Below are positions 41,356 to 54,448 of a stretch of 64,000 nt of DNA, one piece after another. This DNA is from Eledone cirrhosa. Lineage: Eukaryota. The stretch is taken from positions 23,622,001-23,686,000 of the forward strand of contig OZ024755.1 of NCBI GenBank assembly GCA_964016885.1. Reading direction: 5' to 3'. The stretch's first letter is position 1; every line of letters starts with the position of its first letter. The translations under genes were made by a program, and so were the position numbers. A model generated the notes under the pieces. The model saw only the letters and a program-made list of their open reading frames with translations, was not told where the DNA came from and searched no databases.

Positions 41356-41858
41356 TAGATTATTTTCCAAATTATTCTTTGGTTTCATTGTTAAAATTAA
41401 ATGGGTGACAACTCAGTAAATTTTAAATGCTCTATATGTTGGAATTAAAGTGATTATTGTTTAAGATTAGAAAAAAATAAAGTTGCTTCATTCTATGCTG
41501 TGTCTGTTCAAATTTACTGAGTGTTTTATTCTGAGTTTAGTTAGAAAAATTGTAGCTGAAATAGAATAGCAGACACTGACCAGCTGACAAGCATAGAATA
41601 GGCTTATTTATCACATGGAAAAATTTATTGAATATATGATCAGGTTGAATAAAATGGGAAAAAAATCAATAAGATCTAGAATATTTGTTGGACAGCATAA
41701 ATTAGAAATTGTTTTAAGACATGTATCTCAAATAACATAAATTGGTTTTAAATATTGTTTGTTACTTCATAACAGTTCGTCACCAAAACCAAACTGTTAT
41801 AAATTGCCAATCAATTTTTTTATTACTTATGTATAAGTTAGAGATACAGTGGTCATTG

Positions 41859-41919
<61 letters not shown>

Positions 41920-42055
41920 CCAGGGAGTGTACCGTGAAGTTACTGTAGGTTCACCCAGGTGAGCACTCGATGTTTAGATTCACGTCTGTAGTGAGGTGTA
42001 GAGCTAAACAGAGTATAAATATAATAATACAAGGACGATTTGTTATGTCTTCATT

Positions 42056-42238
42056 ATGTTTATTGATTGGTGACACGCGTTTCATTTCTGGCCCGACTCT
42101 AGAATCAAAAGCTTGTCGAACCTTTCATTACAACACCAGAGGTTCGATGAGCTTTTGCTTCCAGAGTCCAACCAGATCAATACAGATCAAATCTTGAGCT
42201 GTTCAATAGCGAAATGCACGTCACCAATCAATAAATGT
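42056..42238. mobile_element. Fold-back insert with decayed hammerhead motifs on both arms
   Basis: Imperfect inverted repeat; plus arm GGT-TCGATGA-GCT...AGC-GAAA-TGCACG-TC-ACC, minus arm GAAA-CGCGTG-TC-ACC. Confidence 0.5.
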
Positions 42239-42267
42239 ATTATTATATATATATATAAATATAAATA

Positions 42268-42515
42268 TATTATTTATTTATATCCATACATGGAACAAAT
42301 GCACTACCCAAGGCTTCAAGGTCCAAATTTGACCATACCTATAAAAAACAAGAGACATCAAAATAGTGATCTTTCTTTGGGCGCTAATATGAGTTTTAAT
42401 GCCTGAAGAAAAGTCACTATTTTGATGCCTCTTGTTTTCTGGAGGTATGGTCAAATTTGGGCCTTGAAGCCTTGGGTACCACCTGTGTTCCATCTATGAA
42501 CATAAATAAATATAA
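42268..42515. mobile_element. Fold-back insert (about 115-bp arms) with a decayed hammerhead motif and extended stem II
   Basis: Imperfect inverted repeat; consensus of the two arms AATGC-CTGAAGA-AAGGTC..TTTGA.TGCCT...AGGTA..TCAAA..GACCTT-GAAG-CCTTGGG-TA-GTGCATT. Confidence 0.5.
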
Positions 42516-42771
42516 TAACAATAATAATAATAATAATTGTTTCTACTTTTGGCACAAGGTCAGCAATTATTCCAGCATATTACTGGTACTTTATTTTATC
42601 GACCCCGTAAGGATGAAAAAGAAAGTTAACCTTGGCTAAAAATAATAATGATAATAATAATAATAATTGTTTTTACTTTTGGCACAAGGCCAGCAATTAT
42701 CCCAGTGTATTACTGGTACTTTATTTTATCGACCCCGTAAGGATGAAAGTCAAAGTTAACCTCGGTGGGAT

Positions 42772-42839
<68 letters not shown>

Positions 42840-44790
42840 CTAGGAATGTTTAAGTTATGCAAATAGATGCTCCTTAATATTCATTAACATTTACAATTAT
42901 ACTGAAGTGAATGACTGTAAATAGTTATGCTGGTCGAGGGAAATATGGAAAGGTAGTGATTAAGTAGATAGATGTTAAATCTCAGTCTATGTTATCCTTC
43001 ATTAGATACCAATATTTCTGTGTTCCTTTTACAGAGCTTATAATTAACAAAAAATATTGGAATTTCCAAACAGCAATTTACTGGAATCCTTTACAATTGG
43101 TTTTGCATATTTTCTTATTTCATAAACTTAATTGTAGATCCTGTGTATATTTCTACTCTGAAGATTCCATTGGCGAAATCCATAGAGTAGGAATATACAC
43201 AGGTCTTAAGTAGTTTGTTTTACTTCTGTGCACGGGTTGGTTTCTTAAGCACTTCATTGGAAGGCAAACCTTTGACAAGTTCATCTATTTATGGTGACAA
43301 CATTAGTATATATACACATAACCACACATACATGCCCTACACATAAAATAGCATACATGCCCTACACATAAAATAGCATACATACCATATACAGGCTTTA
43401 CAAGGGAGGCTTCCTTAAAAACCTATCGCTCTATTACATCTTTATTCTCTTTGTTAAAGCTGTATGCTTTGTTATATAAGGATAGGGCATGTGCATGGTG
43501 CTATGTGTATATATACTAAAGCTGTCACCATGAATATGAAAACACAAAAGATTTTATGCACAATTGTAAGGGTTTCTAATAAATTGCTGCTTGAAAACTC
43601 CATTAGTTTTAATTTTATATATACATTCAAATGATATATAAAGACATATCAATCGAGAAACCAACTAGCATTTAATATATATAGCAAATGATTTGAATAC
43701 AAATTTAGGTGTTACTCACATAAAGATTATGTTATATTTAAATGGCTGTACTTCCAAATATTACCATCCAACCATAGACAGATCTGTTTCTGAGAATCAG
43801 AGAGTATATATATATGAATAAACATTGTTGTCTTTGATCGAGACAAAGCGAGAGTGTATTTGAATTCATGTAAAAATGAGAAAACTCATTGCTAGAACAG
43901 CCATTAAAATAGCCAAATACTGTCAATGACAGTGATGGGCAAAAATGCCTCAGAGGACAGAGAGCAGCGGCCAGTGGTCGGCAGAGAGATAATCCACTAG
44001 ATGGATGACAGGCAGATGAAATATTGAAAAAATTGAAACAGGAGAAGGACAAGAAGTGTGTTGGTGTATAGAAGTGGCTGGAATAAGGAAATATAGAAAA
44101 GCGATGTACAAGTCAAGTTCACACAGCCACATCTTCACCCTCATCAGCTCTCAAACCAGCAAAATGGTTTTGCATGATTTAATTGAGAGTACCATTATAA
44201 AATGCTTGACTGTGCAACAAAAAATAACTCTTTCTGCTGGTATGATGTGTGTGATAAAACAAACAGCACAGCAAGAAGGATGAAAGAAGGCAAAGAAAAG
44301 AAAATAACAGGATAGTGGGCCTCAAGATAGAATGGCTGTTCTAGCTATGAGTTTTCTCATTTTTCTATGAATTCAAGTAATCTCCCGCTTCATCTCAATC
44401 AGAGACAATAATGTTTATTCATTTAACTTTATCATAGCTATGATTAGCTTTCTATTTAGGATAGCCACTTGAGGTTCACTAACTCGTTATTTTCTTTTCT
44501 TTGTCTTCTTTCGTCCTTCTATCTGTGCTGTTTGTTTTATCACACACTCACACATCATAGCAGCAGAAAGAGTTATTTTTCTGTTGCACGATCCAGCATT
44601 TTATAATGGTGCTCTCAATTGGATCGTGCAAAACCATTTTGCTAGTTTGAGAGCTGATGAGGGTGAAGATGTGTGTGTATGTATGTGAACTTGACTCATA
44701 ATAATGTGAGTTGAGTAATGATAAAGCAACACCTAAGCTCATCAGCCGGTATATCAGATGAATAATCACAACACTAATGATTATATAAGT

Positions 44791-44875
44791 AATGTACTTT
44801 CTGATGAGATCGTGTCTGATTATTACATAACAGATGCCATTGAAATATGTATTACAGGATTACATATTAAATAGA
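44791..44875 (+). ncRNA. Degenerate hammerhead motif
   Basis: CTGATGA-GATCGTGTCTG..CAGATGCCATT-GAAA-TATGTA-TT; stem I poorly paired; followed by a short tail into (TA)n at about 44930. Confidence 0.45.
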
Positions 44876-44926
44876 ATATGATGAAATTCTGACATACTGC
44901 CTTACAATTCATTATTATAATAACAG

Positions 44927-44979
<53 letters not shown>

Positions 44980-45222
44980 TGTAGTTAAACATGTACATAT
45001 ATTTATATATATGTACATGTAGTTAAACATGTACACACATATATATATATACATGTCGCTAGGTAGATATATCTTATTCAAGGAATCCTCAGAATTGAAT
45101 AAGATATATCTACCTAGCTACATGTATATATATGTGTACATGTTTAACTACATGTACATATATATAAATATATGTACATGTTTAACTACATGTACATATA
45201 TATATATACATGTAGTTAAACA

Positions 45223-45298
<76 letters not shown>

Positions 45299-46866
45299 GT
45301 TAAACATGTACATATATTTATATATATGTACATGTAGTTAAACATGTACACATATATATATATATACATGTAGCTAGGTAGATATATCTTATTCAATTCT
45401 GAGGATTCCTAACATTGTGCTCTTAATATTAAGGATGAAATATATGTAAATTAAAATATGATATGGTTAGTAGTGTTTGGTTTAATTTTCAAAGTATATA
45501 TATATATATATATGCAAATAAGATCACTGGTTGCTCTAACCTGTAAACAAAGCAGAGAAAATACCATTAAAACAACCATCAACTATTCCTGTTCCATAAA
45601 CCAACCACAGATCTGCACCAGTCACTAGCGTGAGGAAGACACACTTTCCTTATGTATGAAACATTCATGTCCAATTCTATACTGTAATCTGTATTTCTCA
45701 TGCCTATTAGTTGCTGTATATCTTGTCAGTTAATCAGAAATAACAATTTAAAAGCACTGATTAATCTATTTATTCCAGGCATACAGCCATATCTACCTTT
45801 TTTACCCCTTCCTCTTTTTTTTTTCTCATTACTTAATTTTGTTTTGATTTTTCTTTTTCATATTTATGTAATTATCAATGGTTTTAAAGCCAACTTTGTG
45901 AATGAAACACATATATTGAAAATAAACATATTGTTATACTTCTTCTTTGCCCACTTATTTCTGAGAAGGTTGTGGGGGCAGAGTCATCAAACATTCCTTC
46001 CTGTCAGAAGCAACCATCTCCAAATGATTCGGCTGGATACCCAAGCAAGACCAGCCAAGATCATGGATGTTAAACTTCATTAGTAGAATATATTTCTATG
46101 ACATTTACAGTCCTGAGATTATGTTAGACAGTATCTTGCAGTGATTGGCATTATTTCAGTTAAATGTTTAAATACATAATGTTTAAATACATCGCCACCA
46201 CAGTTAAATGGTTCTTTACATATGTATATATGCAACTGCAGATGAATGTGCAAACAATATCATGAAAAAGTATGATGTGATAAATGTACAGGTCAAAGGA
46301 TGATGTCAAAATATTATAAACACAAAGAGGATATGACTTATCTACTGCATTTAAGAAGTAAAACAAATCTAATTTGTGGCTCTGTGTGTGTACATGTGTG
46401 TGTGTGTATCCTTATGTGTATATGCACACACACATACAGGCAGACACACTTGTTTTAAATAAACATGATTAATATTTTAATCATTTTTGTTTCAATGTGC
46501 AAAAAAAAAAAGAGAAAAAAAAGAAAAGAAAAATCTTCAGTTTTTCATAGAATTAAAAATAAAATTATAAAAGTTTTCTTTCAGAGAAATAAATCATTAA
46601 AAAAAATGTCTCAGGAACTAAATAGTTCTGATTAATAGTTTAAAAAAAACATTGCTTGATCAGTATTGTTACATTTTTTTGATTTCAGCCAATAAGTTAA
46701 AAATTCTGGACTGATAACAAAAGAAAACAAAGGTTATCGTACAAATAAACAGGGAAGAACCCCAAAAGGTAATATTGTCAAGATAAACATCAGTAAATTC
46801 TAGAAATTGGAATGATAGGATAACAGGGAAAGTTGTTGTTTAGAAATAAATAGATGGAGAGTATGA

Positions 46867-46941
<75 letters not shown>

Positions 46942-47418
46942 GTGTGTGTATATATACATATGTGTGTGTATATATACGCATGTGCATATATATATTTATA
47001 TATATATCTATATCTATGTATATATATATATATATATACATATGTGCGTGTATATATAAGCATGTGCATATATATATTTATATATATATCTATATCTATG
47101 TATATATATATATATATACATATGTGCATGTATATATACGCATGTGCATATATATATTTATATATATATCTATATCTATGTATATATATATATATATACA
47201 TATGTGTGTGTATATATACGCATGTGCATATATATATTTATATATATATCTACATCTATGTATATATATATATATATATATATACATATGTGCGTGTATA
47301 TATACGCATGTGCATATATATATTTATATATATATCTATATCTATATATATATATATATATATATACATATGTGTGTGTATATATACGGATGTGCATATA
47401 TATATTTATATATATATC

Positions 47419-47457
<39 letters not shown>

Positions 47458-47497
47458 GTGCGTATGTATATATATATAAATACATCTATATATGTAG

Positions 47498-47543
<46 letters not shown>

Positions 47544-47548
<5 letters not shown>

Positions 47549-47775
47549 GAAGGAAGTGTGGTAAGGAACCAGATGGACCATAATGCACCAGAGTACTCAA
47601 TACTTAGGGTAGTAGAGTTGGTAATAGGAAAATGTTTAACCCCACCGGCAGAGCTCAAGCCGTTTTGATGTCTATTTCTGGACTAAATTAGAATTTTTAG
47701 CGTGGTAATAAATATAGTCCAGAAATAGCCGTCGAAACAGCTTCAGCTCTGCCGGCGGGGTTAAATATTTTCCTA
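47544..47775 (-). mobile_element. (TA)n-embedded fold-back element (hairpin + about 80-bp tail); second family member at 60441-60640 (+)
   Basis: Hairpin 47624-47775; tail ACTCTACTACCCTAAGTATT(G/A)AGTACTCTGGTGCATTATGGTCCA.CTGGT..CTTACCACAC shared with 60570-60630; both copies bounded by TA repeats. Confidence 0.75.
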
Positions 47776-47893
47776 TATATATATATATATATATGTGTAT
47801 ATATGTATGTATAAGTAACTGCAAATATATATATATATATGTATATATATATATGCATATATGTATATATATATGCATATATGTATATATATA

Positions 47894-47951
<58 letters not shown>

Positions 47952-47968
47952 TATATATATATATATGC

Positions 47969-48010
<42 letters not shown>

Positions 48011-48094
48011 GCATATATATATATATATGTATGTATATATATATATATATATATGCATATATATGTATATATATATATATATATATATTTATGC

Positions 48095-48128
<34 letters not shown>

Positions 48129-48279
48129 GCATATATATGTATGTATATATTTCTATGTATATATTTATATATATATATGCATATATATATACATATATAT
48201 ATATACATATATATACATATATATGCAGTTATATATACATGCATATATACATATGTTTATATATATATACATACATACA

Positions 48280-48317
<38 letters not shown>

Positions 48318-48375
48318 CATACACATATGCACATGTGCACACACACACACACATATATATAAGTATATATATAAA

Positions 48376-48422
<47 letters not shown>

Positions 48423-48859
48423 CAAGAGGAATTGAAATCAGTGTTGCAACACATGTATAAACTTTATTGGCATGTCACAATAAAATGTACCCAACACATT
48501 CTACAGAGTGTGAGAACATATGTAAACAAAATGCAGCCCCCAGCCCATCTGAGAGATTTGTGGCTCTGATTAAGAACTAACTTGGTCAATGACCTATTCA
48601 ACTCTTGCTAGAAGGGTAAAAGGGGGTTAAATGATGATGATATATATATATATGTCGTGAACTCTTCTGGTCATATATATATATTATATATATTACATAT
48701 ATATTACATATATATAATATTATATATATTACATATATATTACATATATATAATATTATATATATTACATATATATTACATATATATAATATTATATATA
48801 TTACATATATATTAGATATATATAATATATATATATTATATATATTATATATATGTATG

Positions 48860-48893
<34 letters not shown>

Positions 48894-50022
48894 GTATGTA
48901 TATATATATATATATATATAAGAGAGATCAGTTTAACCTATCTTTATTCCATTCTGCACATTCCACTAGACATCAGATTCAAAATTCAAAACCATTCTTG
49001 ATTACATATCATTATGTAAGTGTCCAGTCTGATTTCTTAGGCCACTGCCTCTTCAGATGTATTAGAACATCAATTGTTAAAATACACATGCACACACACA
49101 CACACACACATATATATATTTATATATATACACATCTCTGTGTGTATGTATACATTTCGGTATGTCCATGTGTACGTGCGTTCAACTGTGTGTGTTTGTG
49201 TGATATAGATTGTGCTGTGAGTTGTATAATAATGACTTCTATTTTAGGCAATTGCTAGTAATTTTGGGGAGGGAAAAGTCGATTAAATTGACCTCAGTAC
49301 TTGACTGGTACTTTATTTTATCGACCTTGAAAGGATGAAAAGCAAAATAGACCTTGGCAAGATTTTAACTTAGAACATAAAGGGCTATACCTAATCATTT
49401 GCAAAGCATTTTGTCTGACACTCAAATGATTCTGCCAATCCACTGCTTTTGAGTTTTATAATAGTGAGTTATATAATATAAAGTAGGGAGCTGAGAAAGG
49501 GTGTTGTAATAAGACGACATTGGGTTGTAGGTGTTTGGTAGAAATTGGAATGTCCTTTGCAGAGATATAGCATCAAGACTGGTGTAAGTGTTGTTTGAAA
49601 ATAACTGACCATGTGTGTTGTTGCAACACAGATCACACCACAGCAATGGGGGAATGGTACACTCCATTAGATGTATAAGACTGCCTGGATACAGGCCAAG
49701 AGGCCAAAGTCCTGTGTGGAAGGACAGGAGATGGTAGATGCCAGTATGTCATGTCAGGTGAATGTTTGCATGTGCAATGGTTTGTGACTGTGTTGGTCCA
49801 TCAGAATGTATGTTTTTCTGTTTATAAATGTGTCTGTGTGTGTGTCAATTCATCTAGCCATGTGTATCCCTGTTTTCAGAATAGGTCCGCTGTATCCCTG
49901 TGTATTGTAAGGGGAAACTAAAATGGTTGGTGTCAAGAAGGCCACCTGGCTGTAAAACATTGTATGAAACCATCCCATCTAACCCATGCCAGCATGGAGA
50001 AGTGGACATAAAAATGATGATT

Positions 50023-50054
<32 letters not shown>

Positions 50055-50387
50055 ATGTCTGTGTGTGTGCGTGCATATCTATGTATGGTGTAAGAATTTA
50101 GTTCAGGGCCACTGTATATGTGAGTGTGTTTATGTGACTATGTATGTTTGTGTCTGTCTGTGTGTGTGTGTATGTGTTTATGTGTGTGTCTATGTGTATC
50201 TGTGTTTATATGTGTCTACATTTATATATGTACATACACACACATATATATATATAAATGCATACACAAACATATACACACCACTCATATTCTCCATTTA
50301 TTTATTTATTTATTTGTAAGAAACTTCCACAGCTTCCTATCCTATATATATATATTATGTATATATATATTATGTATATATATATAT

Positions 50388-50425
<38 letters not shown>

Positions 50426-52125
50426 AAGTAATTGAATGAGTAATGGTTAAATATTTCTTACAGGATTAAAGAAATAATGATTTTTGGAAAAAACAAATAA
50501 AAGACGATTTTATAAAGAATGGCCCCAGCACTATGCATTTTCTGCATTGTATTTTTATAAATAGGTGGAGATTTTAGGCATCTAGGATTGATTTAAAAAA
50601 ATGTCTTTGATTATTATTTTTTCCAAACAAATAAATATTTTGTTTAATATTTGATTTTCTGTTTTGCTTTTAGCACTTTTTAATTTTTTAATTGGATTAT
50701 TAAATTTTAAGTTTGCAAAATTTATAAAATTACATTATGGTAAAATTAGCATTCATATAAATTCCAACTTTAGAAACATTTTATTGGTTATAAGTTTCCT
50801 TGCTATTGTGATAGGTATTTTGAAAGGAGTTTCTCATTGAATCTCAGGAATCTTCAGATAAGTTTTATCCAGTAATAGATCAAACTTTGGCAAGTAATGG
50901 ATGAAACCATTGCAAACATAATAGCACCACCTTACATTTAGTTCTAAGCCAACATTGTAAAACAATTTTACATTCTTTTTGAATTAGAAGTTAAATACAT
51001 TTTATGTTGGCTAGGTAACCATATATTTTAATGATATATAAGAAAAAGTTATTTTCCAAAATCTTGTTTTTTTTAAATGGTAGCATTTCAAAACTTATTT
51101 ATATATATAAAAAAACATATTAAAGTAAAGTAAACAAAAAATATAAAAAAAAAGAACATTTCAATTTTGGTTTAAATCATTTTACATAGATCTGTGGTAG
51201 TTATTCATGCATATTCTGAAGAAGAATATGAAATTTTTCCATTGAAAAGATAATAATTATTTTTTAAACATATTATGCTATAAATCCGAATCTGAGAATT
51301 AACTGAAACAATTAAATAGCAATAGGCATATATTTCTTTTGTTATAAATAGATACTGATGATAAATAGTGTTGAAATAAAATGATTATAAAGCATTTTAA
51401 AATGCAACAAAAGAGAAAAATGGAATTGTTAGGAACAAAATCTTTAACCTATTCTAATTTGATAAATGTTGCAAATTTTAAATTTAACTTTTTCTATCCA
51501 GTTAAAACATTGAAATATCTTAAAAGCAAAGCAGAGAAACTAAACAAAATAAAAAAATTGGTTGGAAAATGTAATAATGAGGTTAATTAACAGAACTAAA
51601 TTGGTAAATAATGTTAAAGCTGAATATATCTGTTAATGTTCTGAAATGGAAAATTATTTTATAATGAGATTGGTTTTAAATTTGTTTTGCAATCAATCCA
51701 AATAAAATCGCTAATATGTTATAATTCTATACAATATGGTGGTTAAAATTTAGTCAATGTATATAGTGAAGGTTGCATTTTAATGTAACCTTGCCAATAA
51801 TAATGTAACAAGAATTATAGTTTGTAACAATATTTACAAAAATATAATTTCGATCATACTTTCTGTGCACCAGATTTATTTTAATATGGTCATTATTTCT
51901 GATAAACTGCCAAAATTGAAGCAAATTGCAATTGTTATGTAAAACTTTCTCTTTGTTAAACATTGACATAAAAATCTTCAATTATGGGAAGAAAAATATT
52001 AGACCCGTAAGAAAAGGGTTACAAATCAAAACTTTGATAAAAACATTCTATTTTAGTATCAAGTAATGGCTGATATAATATCTTAGTTTTAGAAAGAAAC
52101 TCTTAAATTCTATGTAGCACCTTTT

Positions 52126-52227
52126 TCATACTTCCAAAAGGTACTTCAGGGGGCAGTTGGCTTGTCGGTTGTTCATGGACTTAACTAGTATACTTCCATT
52201 TAGTTCTTCACCCACTTGCAGTACAAT
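52126..52227 (-). CDS. STAC: STAC-like SH3 protein, last coding exon (IVLQVGEELNGSILVKSMNNRQANCPLKYLLEV*)
   Basis: Acceptor TTTCTTTATAG; 102 nt ending in TGA; phase 0 join to the 138-nt exon; completes the second, atypical SH3. Confidence 0.85.
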   Translation of the reverse strand: MVLQVGEELNGSILVKSMNNRQANCPLKYLLEV

Positions 52228-53519
52228 CTATAAAGAAAAAAAAGAAATCTTATAAAATTTACAGATAGTTAATGAGTAAATGCCTGTATAGCCAATTACA
52301 CCAAAATTACCTATTACCTCTATCAAAACCCAAACATTCTTAACAATTCTTTAACTCCTTTTGATCCCAACCCATCTGAAACTGCCACAAGTTCTGCGAT
52401 ACAAAACTGCCAATTTTAAAGTATTCATCCTTATAACGAAACATTCTATCATAATTTATAATTTTATGATAGCAAAAGGGCAGTGGTTTGGCAGTATTGG
52501 TAGAGCGTCAGACACCATGTTTTGCAGCATAGTTATGGCCCTTTGCGGTCTGAGTTCAAATCCGCCGAGGTCGATAAAATAAAGTACCAGTGGTGCACTG
52601 GGGTAATTTCTGGCCTTGTGCCAAAAGTAGAAACTCTATGAGGGCGGTGGATTGGCAGTATTGGTAGGGGGTCAGACGCCATGCTTTGCAGCAAAGAGTT
52701 ACGGCCCTTTGTGGTCTGAGTTCAAATCCCGCCGAAGTTAACTTTGCCTTTCATCCTTACGAGGTCGATAAAATAAAGTACCAGTAATGCACTGGGATAA
52801 TTGTTGGCCTTGTACCAAAAGTAGACATAATAATTTTATGTAAGAACTTCAGACCAGCTTTTACCCCCAAATGAGAAAAACAACACAATTTATTGTAATT
52901 TATAAAATATTTTGAAATGAAACGAAAAAAAAAAAAGATTTTAATCCTTTTTAATTTATCTAATTTACATATGTTATGTAGAATTTCAAAATTCCTGACA
53001 GAAAATAGCAGAAGCAAGAAAATAACTTAATTCCACACAGTTAGATGAATTGATAACTGCTAAAAGTATTGACATTTCTTATTCTATAACCAAGAAAAGA
53101 ATACTTTTTTTCTCAGAGGCCTTGTTTTCTTAACTACAAGTAGGTATCAGGTAAAATAGATTCTAACTTAACTGAATAAGTATCAGGAAAAATGAATACT
53201 AATTTAACTGAATAGTTTTTTCTAGGATCAGAGGCCTTGTTATCTTAACTACAAGTAGGTATCAGATAATATAAATGCTAACTTAACTGGAGTGAAATGT
53301 AAATATATAACATTTCTATTGGATAAGTAGTTTACAAAGTTATTTACAAATTTGTAACGACTGACACCTCTCACTTACAATATTTCTTCATACTCTGGTA
53401 GAAAAAAATGTTTTTTTATCTTAGAAAAATTAACTGTGATTAGGAATTTAATAGATATTAATGAACATGAACAGTGCAACTGAGCCCAAAGATGCAGTAA
53501 TTGGTAGTTCATTCATTCA

Positions 53520-53810
53520 CTCATTCAGCCCCATTGCTCCTTGTGGAGTATAGGCCATTAACGACCCTCCACTATTGAACACGATCCTGGGCCGCTTTCA
53601 CCACTCCGCATAGCTTCCAGCTTTCTTTCTTCAGCCTCAGTGTCATACCTCCAGCTACTGCAGGGATGGTCCCCTCTTCCTCTTACCCTTGGGTTCCAGG
53701 TCAGGGTTTGGCATATGATGCTGGATGTTGGTTTTCTGAGGGTTTGTCCAATCCAGTTCCACTTCCTCCACAGAATCTGCTTCCTATCCTGATCGCTCAC
53801 ACAGATCTTC
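53520..53810 (-). mobile_element. RTE-like LINE 3' fragment with a (TGAA)n tail
   Basis: RKWNWIGQTLRKP..TLTWNP..RGR pattern; tail at about 53508-53527. Confidence 0.7.
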
Positions 53811-54310
53811 ATTTCAGTAATTGGTAATACAACAATAATAATTGTTTCTACTTTTTGGCACAAGGCCAGCAATTACCCAGTGCATTACTGGTACTTTATT
53901 TTATCAACCCGGTAAGGATGAAAGGCAAAGTTAACCTCGATGGGATTTGAACTCAGAATGTAAAGGGCCATAACTCTATGCTGCAAAGCCTATTGTCCGA
54001 CACTCTCTTGATACTACTAATCCACCACCCTTTTAACAATAATAATAATAATAATTGTTTCTACTTTAGGCACAAGGCCAGCAATTTTGGGGGAGGGGAA
54101 AGTCGATTAAACCGATCCCAGTACATTACTGGTGCTTTATTTTATCAACCCCGTAAGGATGAAAAGCAAAGCTAACTATGGCAGGATTTGAACTCAGAAT
54201 GTAAAAGGATGTAACTCTATCCTGCGAAGCATGGTGTGTCCCTAACACTCTACCGATTCTGCCAAATTAAAAGTAACACATATAAGAATAATTCAGAAAA
54301 TTGGTTTTAC

Positions 54311-54448
54311 CTGATCTTTGTGGAAACGGACATCAACAGCTCCTTCAGTAATATGAACTGGGCTGGTAACTTGGAAAATTCTTTGACCTGGCTGAAGACG
54401 TTCAACATAGGCAGCAGGAAAATGGCCAACTTTACCATTACATTTGCC
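54311..54448 (-). CDS. STAC: STAC-like exon (GKCNGKVGHFPAAYVERLQPGQRIFQVTSPVHITEGAVDVRFHKDQ)
   Basis: TTTCTAG|GGC ... CAG|GTAAAA; 138 nt, phase 0-0; GxFPxxYV SH3 signature followed directly by a second SH3-like segment, as in the STAC family. Confidence 0.9.

Noticed and set aside
43150-43195. Further HHR-like strings (CTGAAGA..GAAA here, and at about 49030-49062 and 24345-24415 on the minus strand)
   Set aside because: Missing the UH site or a correctly placed stem; too degenerate to call.
47624-47775. Apparent compensatory base changes between this hairpin and 60441-60558 as proof of a conserved ncRNA or pre-miRNA
   Set aside because: Self-complementarity follows automatically if each copy's second arm was copied from its first during insertion, so it is not evidence of selection.
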